Virus record (IMG/VR): IMGVR_UViG_3300044709_000179
Coordinates: 54,072 to 118,071 of that record
DNA from: a virus
Taxonomy: Duplodnaviria; Caudoviricetes
Direction: 5' to 3' (one strand)
DNA: 64,000 nucleotides
A model generated the notes under the pieces. That model was not told the origin of the DNA and ran no database searches. It worked only from the letters and a program-made list of their open reading frames with translations. A program made the translations under genes and the position numbers. This document shows, piece by piece, positions 57,675-64,000 of this stretch; the stretch's first letter is position 1; each line of letters starts with the position of its first letter.

Positions 57675-60600
57675 ATGAACCACCGCCTGATCGCCTACGT
57701 CACCGCCTCCACGCAGGGTGTCGCCACGGTCGCCACCGACCGGACCCGCCCGAGCTGGAGCGAGTGCCGCGAGCAGATCTCCGGCTACATCACCGGCCGC
57801 GACCTCGGGCCCGCACCCACCTACACGCTGCGCTACACGAAGGCCGGACGCGTCGTCGTCCGGGCCAACCTGACCGCCGAGGCGGTCGAGCGGGTCGGCG
57901 GGGTCGTCACGCGGGTCGCCGACCGCATGAACGACGTTGAAAACCTCGCGGTGCTGAACGCCTCCGGCGCGGACGTCACCTTCGACTTCGCCTGCTTTCG
58001 ATGATGACCCGAGCGCGGTGTGACGTCACCAGCCTGCACGCCAAGCATCCGTGGCGACTCCAGGGCGAGGCGATGATTTGCCCTGGCGACCGTTCGGTGA
58101 ACGAGATGTACGGCATCGCCGAGGTGGGCGAGGAGCGGTCAATGTGGGTCACACCCGATGTGCCCTTCGAGTTCGGGCACTGCGACTGGTGTCGGCGTCT
58201 GACGCGAGACTGCAACTGCACCTGTGTTCGCTGTGGCGACCTGGTTCCGGAATGCACGTGCGGTGCCAATGATGAGGAGCCGAAATGACCACCACCCCCT
58301 ACGCCAGCCAGCACCGCTGCATGGACAGCGGCACCCAGGTCATGGCCCCAGCTAAGCACGGCGATCTCGTCGCGTGCGGTAACTGCGGCGCCGTCGTCCC
58401 GGTCGTGAAGGTCCCGCCGAACAACGACCCCGACGACCACAACACGATCCGGGTGCTGGCCGAGCACAACCTGCCGTACAAGACGACCGCCGAGGTGGAC
58501 GTCGAGCGACAGGCGATGCTGGCCCGTGGCGCGACGATCGCCTACGAGGACGACGACTGCATCCTCTGGAACCTGTAGACCCTGCTCGCGTTGAGGAGCC
58601 CTGATGGCCACGATTACCCTGCCCGATTCGTACCAACTCACCTACACCGTCATGCACGAGGCCCACTGGTGGCCCATTCTCAAGGCGAACGGCGCCGCAC
58701 CCGACGACGGCCACCCGTCGATCAACATCAACGCGCGTAACCCGGACGGTCGGTCGAAGTGGGACTTCTCCATCACCGACCGCGAACTGCGCAACGCCTC
58801 ACCGTCGCTGCGGCTGGCAATCTTCGACGAGGACTGGGACGCGTTCGACCTGCTCGCCCCGTTCTTCGCAGCGCTCGCCGCTGGTCGGGCCAAGACGATC
58901 GAGGACGTGCGGGCGCTACTGGACTCGTTCGGCGCGACCGACGTCACGGAGCGGACCGCGCGATGACCACCACTATCAACCCCGAAGTCCTCGCCGAGGC
59001 CAAGGCTGCCACCTTCAAGACCGACGTGAAGCCGCTGCTGTGGCGGGCAATGCTCGACAAGATCGAGGAGGTCTACCGCGAGGACGGCAGCCGCCGTGGG
59101 CGCGCCCGCAGTCAGGGACTCTACAGCGCGGACGGAAAGACGTGCGCCTGCTACGTCACCATCGCGCAGGAGGACGGCAGCAGCCACGTCTACTTCATCA
59201 CCGTGGACCACAACTGGACCAGCAGGCAGCCACTCACGTTCAGCGTCAGCCGGTCCTACCACAGCAGCGAGCACTTCTGGGAGGACCAGCTCGCCCGCCG
59301 GGACGGCGCCCTCGTGATCGAGGGCCACCACTACCGGCTCGGCGACGAGAACTACCAGGGCATGCGAGGGTTCGGCGGGCGTCGTCACGAGATCGAGAAC
59401 ATCGCGACCGGCGAACGGATCGTCTCGACGAACCTGTGGTACCAGGGCATCATTCCGCCTGCGTTCCGCGAGCAACTGCCGGACTCGCACCGCTGGGTCG
59501 AGGTCTGACATGTACGTCACCACCGCCCGCCAGCTCGACGAGATCACCCTGACCGAGCCGGTCACCGGCCAACTGTTCAGCGGCTACCCGACCGAGGTCG
59601 AGCCCGGCACCTACCCCGTCATGCACGACCCGTCCGACCAGCCCACCGACGGCGACCTCGTCGCGATCGACGTCTCCACCGGGGGCGAGGACGACTTCTA
59701 CCCGCGGCCCGTCTACATCAGCGTCTGCGACGACGGCACGCCGCGAACGTCCACGGTTGACTTCGGTGGGCTGTTCGCCGGAATGAGCGAAGGGATCAAC
59801 CGATGATCGGCGACAAGTACGACGCCACCTCGCCGCTGCCCCGCACGGCGCGGGACGTGACATTCGAGGGCGAGCGCTATGCCCGCGACGGCTTGGAGAC
59901 GGCGTGGCTGCTGCTTCAGGAGCACAGCGGCTGTGGCGACAGCTACGCCCGAACCGCCGCGATTCGCGGGATGCGCACCGAGGGCTGGGCATTCGAGCAG
60001 GCGCTCACCTACGTGCAGGCCGCCATGTCGTGGACCGGCAACGTCGTTCAAGGGCCCGCGACGCGATGACCACCGACCCCCGCCAAGCCCAAGCCGAGGC
60101 GATGACCACCGACGAGTTACGCACCGCCGCCCGCCGTCTGGGCGTGAACCCGCGCGGTGGCCTGTCGAAGGCGACCCGCCGCGATCTCATCAACTGGTAC
60201 GTCATGAACACGCCACGCAAGACCGAGGAGAACTGAGATGACCACCGAAACCATCCCCACCCTGACCACCACCGACGAAGCCCTCGCCTTCATGCGCGAC
60301 CTGGCCGAAACCCACGACTGGGTCTCCGTGTTCTGGGATCGCGGTTGGGGCGACTCCGGCCAGGTCGCGGAGATCTCCGTCATCGTGGATGGCGACGGCC
60401 AGCAGCCGAAGGCGTACCTGACCGCCGAGGTCTACAAGCAGTTGCGGGCCGACCGGTCCATCCCGGAGAACACGTTGAAGACGTTCAAGGCCCGCCGCCT
60501 GCACGACTTCAAGACGCCACCCGAGCCGGAGCCGACCGTGACCGCGAATGACGTGGCCGAGACGGTGGTCCGGGACCTGATCGCCGCCATGCCGGACGCG

Positions 60601-63600
60601 CCGATCTACGCCGAGTTCTACCGCGGTCTGGACCCGAACAGCCGCACGCCGAGCATCCTGCACGAGTACGCCTCGACGCCGACCTACGACGGGCGCGGCT
60701 GGTTCGTGCGAATCCTGCCCGGCTGCTCCGACGCGGCCATCTCGGCAGCCGCCGCCCCGCAGCGGTACTTCGGCCCGGACCTGCTCGGCGAGGTGGTGTG
60801 CCTCGACTACCCGAAGGTGGACGGCGAAGTGGACACTTCGGCATTGCTGGGCGCGGAATTCCGGGCGCGGCTGCGCGAGGTCGTCGAGGGCAAGCTGGCC
60901 GAGATCGAGGCCGCCCGGAGCGCGTCGTGACCAAGGTCGAGGAATACGCGATCTGGCTGGTCGAAGATGGCATCGACGAGTCGGCCCACAACGACCTGAA
61001 CGAGGGCTGCGATCCAATCTCGGAGCGTGGCGAAGAGGTGTCCGAAGACGACTGGCGCGCCGCGATGAAGCTGGCGCACGACGTGGCGCAGTGGGTGCGT
61101 GACAACCCGGAAACGCTGCTGGCACTGGTGCGCAGCGAGACCAAGGAGAACTGACCATGAACATGGACCAGCACGCGGCAGCCGTCCGCGCCGCCCATCC
61201 GTACCCGTCCGCCGACCCGCTGGACCGCCTGCGTCACACCGTGAGCATCTTCCGGTCGTCCGACGCAGACGCCATCGCGGTCTTGGCGACCGGCGGAAAC
61301 ATCTACCCGAACAAGGACTGCATCAGTGGTGGCCAGACCGGACTCACCCACGGCGACCTGCGGGTGCTGCTCGACCGGCTGGGAGGTTGACCGTGACACG
61401 CCTCGTCGACCACGCCCCACGCTGGGAGTCGGCCCAGCTTCCGGTCAACGCCAGCGGCGACACCCGGCCAGGGTTCGTCTGTACCCATGAATTGGAGAAC
61501 GGCAGCGGCCAATGCGGCGGCAACGTGTTCGACCCCGACGACGCGATCGGCGACCATTGCTGCGCGCTCACCTCGGAGCAGGTGGAGGCGCGGCTGACCG
61601 AGATCGCCGCACTGCCCGCGAAGGAGGCGTGATGCCGACCAACGACCCGATCCCGCGCATGGACGTCGGCGCGTGGCTTCAGGCGAAAGCGAACAAACTC
61701 GACGCCAACGGCCTGGAACCGAACAGTACCGCCGAGGTGGTTCACGAACTGGCCAGCATTGTCTACAACGGCCTGGACCTGTTGGTCGAGGCGCGGCGGA
61801 TGCAACGCGAGGCAGACGGAGCCGTGGTGCGCAACCGGGACGCGGGCGAGATGTGGGCGCACACGTCGGGGGTGAACCCGTGACCCTGCCACCTGACATC
61901 GAAGCCGAACTGGACGCCGCGCTGGCCCCGCTGCGCGCCGAGGGCCTCACCGCCGAGCAGGCGGCCAAGCGGCTGCCTGCCCATCTGGTCGGGCCGTACT
62001 GGGAATCGAAGGTCGACGAGTACTTGGACCGCGAGTTGGCGAAGTTGAAGGCAGCCGCAAGCGAACGTCTCGCGACCTTGCTGGATGGCGGATCGGCCGA
62101 TGTGCCCGTCAAGTCGACGGCACTCGCGGACCTACTTGAGGTGGCGTCCGACGACCAGCGGCTCGCGTTGTTCGGCCGGCTGCAAGCGCAGGTGGGACGC
62201 GACCGGGTCAACGACGTCTGGTATGCCGCGACAGCGATCGAGGAGGAGCGAGCGCGATGACCGACGAACCCATGACCGCGTCAACCGCGCACGTCTACCA
62301 CGCCGCAGGTCGCCCGTGGTCGCTGGGCCTCGGCTTCGACACGTTCGTCTGCGACCTCGACCCGTCCGGCACCTTCCGCGACGCCGCGTTGCAGTTGATG
62401 GCGCGTGGGTGGCGACTGACCGGGGCGTGGGTGCGCGACGAGAGGTCCCGCATGGAGAAGTGGTCGGCGCCCGTCGAGGGTGACGGGCTGGATGAGGAGG
62501 AGCTGCCGTGAACGACGAGCGCGAGATCGAACACTGGGACGACGAGGAGTACGACCGTGGCTGAGAACCTGGCCGTGATGTCCGACGAGAAGTTGGCGTG
62601 GTGGGTCACCTTCCACGAGCGCCGGCTGGCGGGGGAGACGGAGCGGGCACGGCAACTCCGCGAGGAGGGTTCGGTCCTGCGGTCCGAGGACTACCACGCC
62701 GATTTGGTCGCGTCCGCGCTGAAGACCGCCCAGCTATCGGAGACCGCACTGCTGGAGCTACGGGCGGAGATGGAACGGAGGGCCGCGCCATGACCACCCA
62801 ACCCGCCGTTCGCGCCGCCTATACCGCCCTGCTTGAGGCTCTCCGCGCTGCTCAGCAGGTGCGCAATGAACGCGACGAGCTCACCACCGACACCAATGGC
62901 GAACCCATCGCGGCGTGGGCGCTGCACGAGCGTGACGTGATGCTCCGCGAAACGAACCGTTGGCGCGACTACGCCCGCCTGCCGCACGTGGACATGGCTG
63001 CGATCGAACGGGTGGAGCGGATGGCGGCCGGCCACAGCGACTACACGACCAAGTTCGCCTGGTACTGCGCCGAGGTGTCGATGGGCTGGAGGCCCGACCG
63101 TGAGCCGCCTGACGTTCATGGAGTCCGAAGCGGCCGGCGAGGTGTCCGCCTCCCTCAACTCCCTCGCCTCGCTGCTGACGTGGCGGGGTGAGAACGCCGC
63201 CGAAATTCGCACTGCGGTACTGGCCGAACTGGATGACGACGGCCGTGATCTGCTGGTGACGCTGGCCGCCACCGTGGAAGCCGACCGGCACGCGAGGGTG
63301 AAGCCGTGAGCAAGGTCGCCGAACTCCAAGCGCTCGTCGAACGGGAGGGCTACACCGAGGCTCAGGTGGCGGCGCTGAAGATGCTCGCCGACGCCGGGCT
63401 CGGCGCAGAGTCTGCCGCGCAAGTGTTGCTGGTAGCGCACAGCCGAGGTGTCGACCCGATCGTGTTGGCGCGGGCGTGGATTGGTGTCGACGCGAGGAAG
63501 AGGTGGGGCCAGTGACCAGCCCGTGGTCCACCTTCGCCGCCCGCCGCTGGCTCAACAACGCATGGCACTACGAGCGCGTGGGCGGCGAGCAGTGGCTGCG

Positions 63601-64000
63601 GATCTGCTTCCCACGCCTAGAGGTGGTCGCCGTGGAGGCGGTCGAAGATCCGGAGGGCCACTACTTCGCGTGGGCCACCCCGGACGGCAATCTGTCGATG
63701 ATGTGGCCGACGCTGGCGCAGTTCAGTATGCAGTTCCCGTACGGCTACGAGGCGCTGGAGCGGCGCGGAGCGGGCCGGATGGTGCGGATTCGGGTGGAGG
63801 AAGCGTGAAGACTGCGGCGCCCTGCCCGAACGCCGCCGCCCACCAGTGGCACCCGTCCAGCTACGTCGCCCACTCCTGGTGGGCCGACTGCGCGTTGCTC
63901 GTCGCCGTCCAGGAGAAGTGCCCCGGCTGCGGCGGCTGGGAGATCTGGGTGCCGAAGCGGCCGGATCTGCGCATCGCCGTCAACTGGCCGCCGTCGGACT
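57675..64000 (+). other. Rightward operon of about 20 small hypothetical CDSs (last one truncated)
   Basis: Densely coupled ORFs with GAGGAG-type RBSs, e.g. 57675, 58285, 58604, 58963, 59510, 60238, 61880, 62790 and 63805. Confidence 0.65.

Noticed and set aside
49640-61160. Recurring (T)GAGGAG motifs as special start-associated sequences
   Set aside because: Explained by ordinary Shine-Dalgarno sites fused to upstream stop codons.
1-64000. tRNA, tmRNA or rRNA genes; lysis and tail genes
   Set aside because: None recognised by eye (tRNAscan not run). Tail and lysis modules probably lie beyond the left edge, so their absence is uninformative.

Overview
The window is a 64 kb segment of a high-GC temperate actinobacteriophage. 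The host is probably a filamentous, sporulating actinomycete (inferred from the SsgA-like, BldC-like and LPxTG genes). Phage genes flank the integrase on both sides, so the genome appears unintegrated. Layout: (1) 1-15.2 kb, minus strand: head and packaging module (TerL, portal, HslV-like Ntn peptidase, protease-scaffold, cement, major capsid, head fibre). Two large glycan-directed proteins are inserted before the head-tail adaptor, and the tail genes lie outside the window. (2) 15.2-44.5 kb, minus strand: a long early/middle arm with a displaced TerS-like gene, SSB, DnaB, an initiator with six internal palindromic iterons, a queC-queE-queD-dpdA-like 7-deazaguanine cluster flanked by two kinases, DnaN, an LPxTG protein, a BldC-like protein, RuvC-like, DnaQ, RecE/RecT-like, HNH, an SsgA-like protein and a Cro-like gene. 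(3) 44.5-47.2 kb: immunity switch with five CGTTCC-N7-GGAACG operator-like sites, a repressor, a large serine integrase and a candidate attP. (4) 47.4-64 kb: accessory arm with a GntR gene, a structured leader and three HPxWC paralogues, twin leaderless promoters, HNH, SLOG and many small ORFs. The most notable observations are a lambda pR'/tR'/Q-like late switch with a multi-hairpin leader, phage copies of host developmental regulators, three HTH + GIY-YIG gene pairs, and about 20 non-structural proteins ending in -AA (possible Clp degrons). All family calls come from motif recognition by eye; no database search was run.
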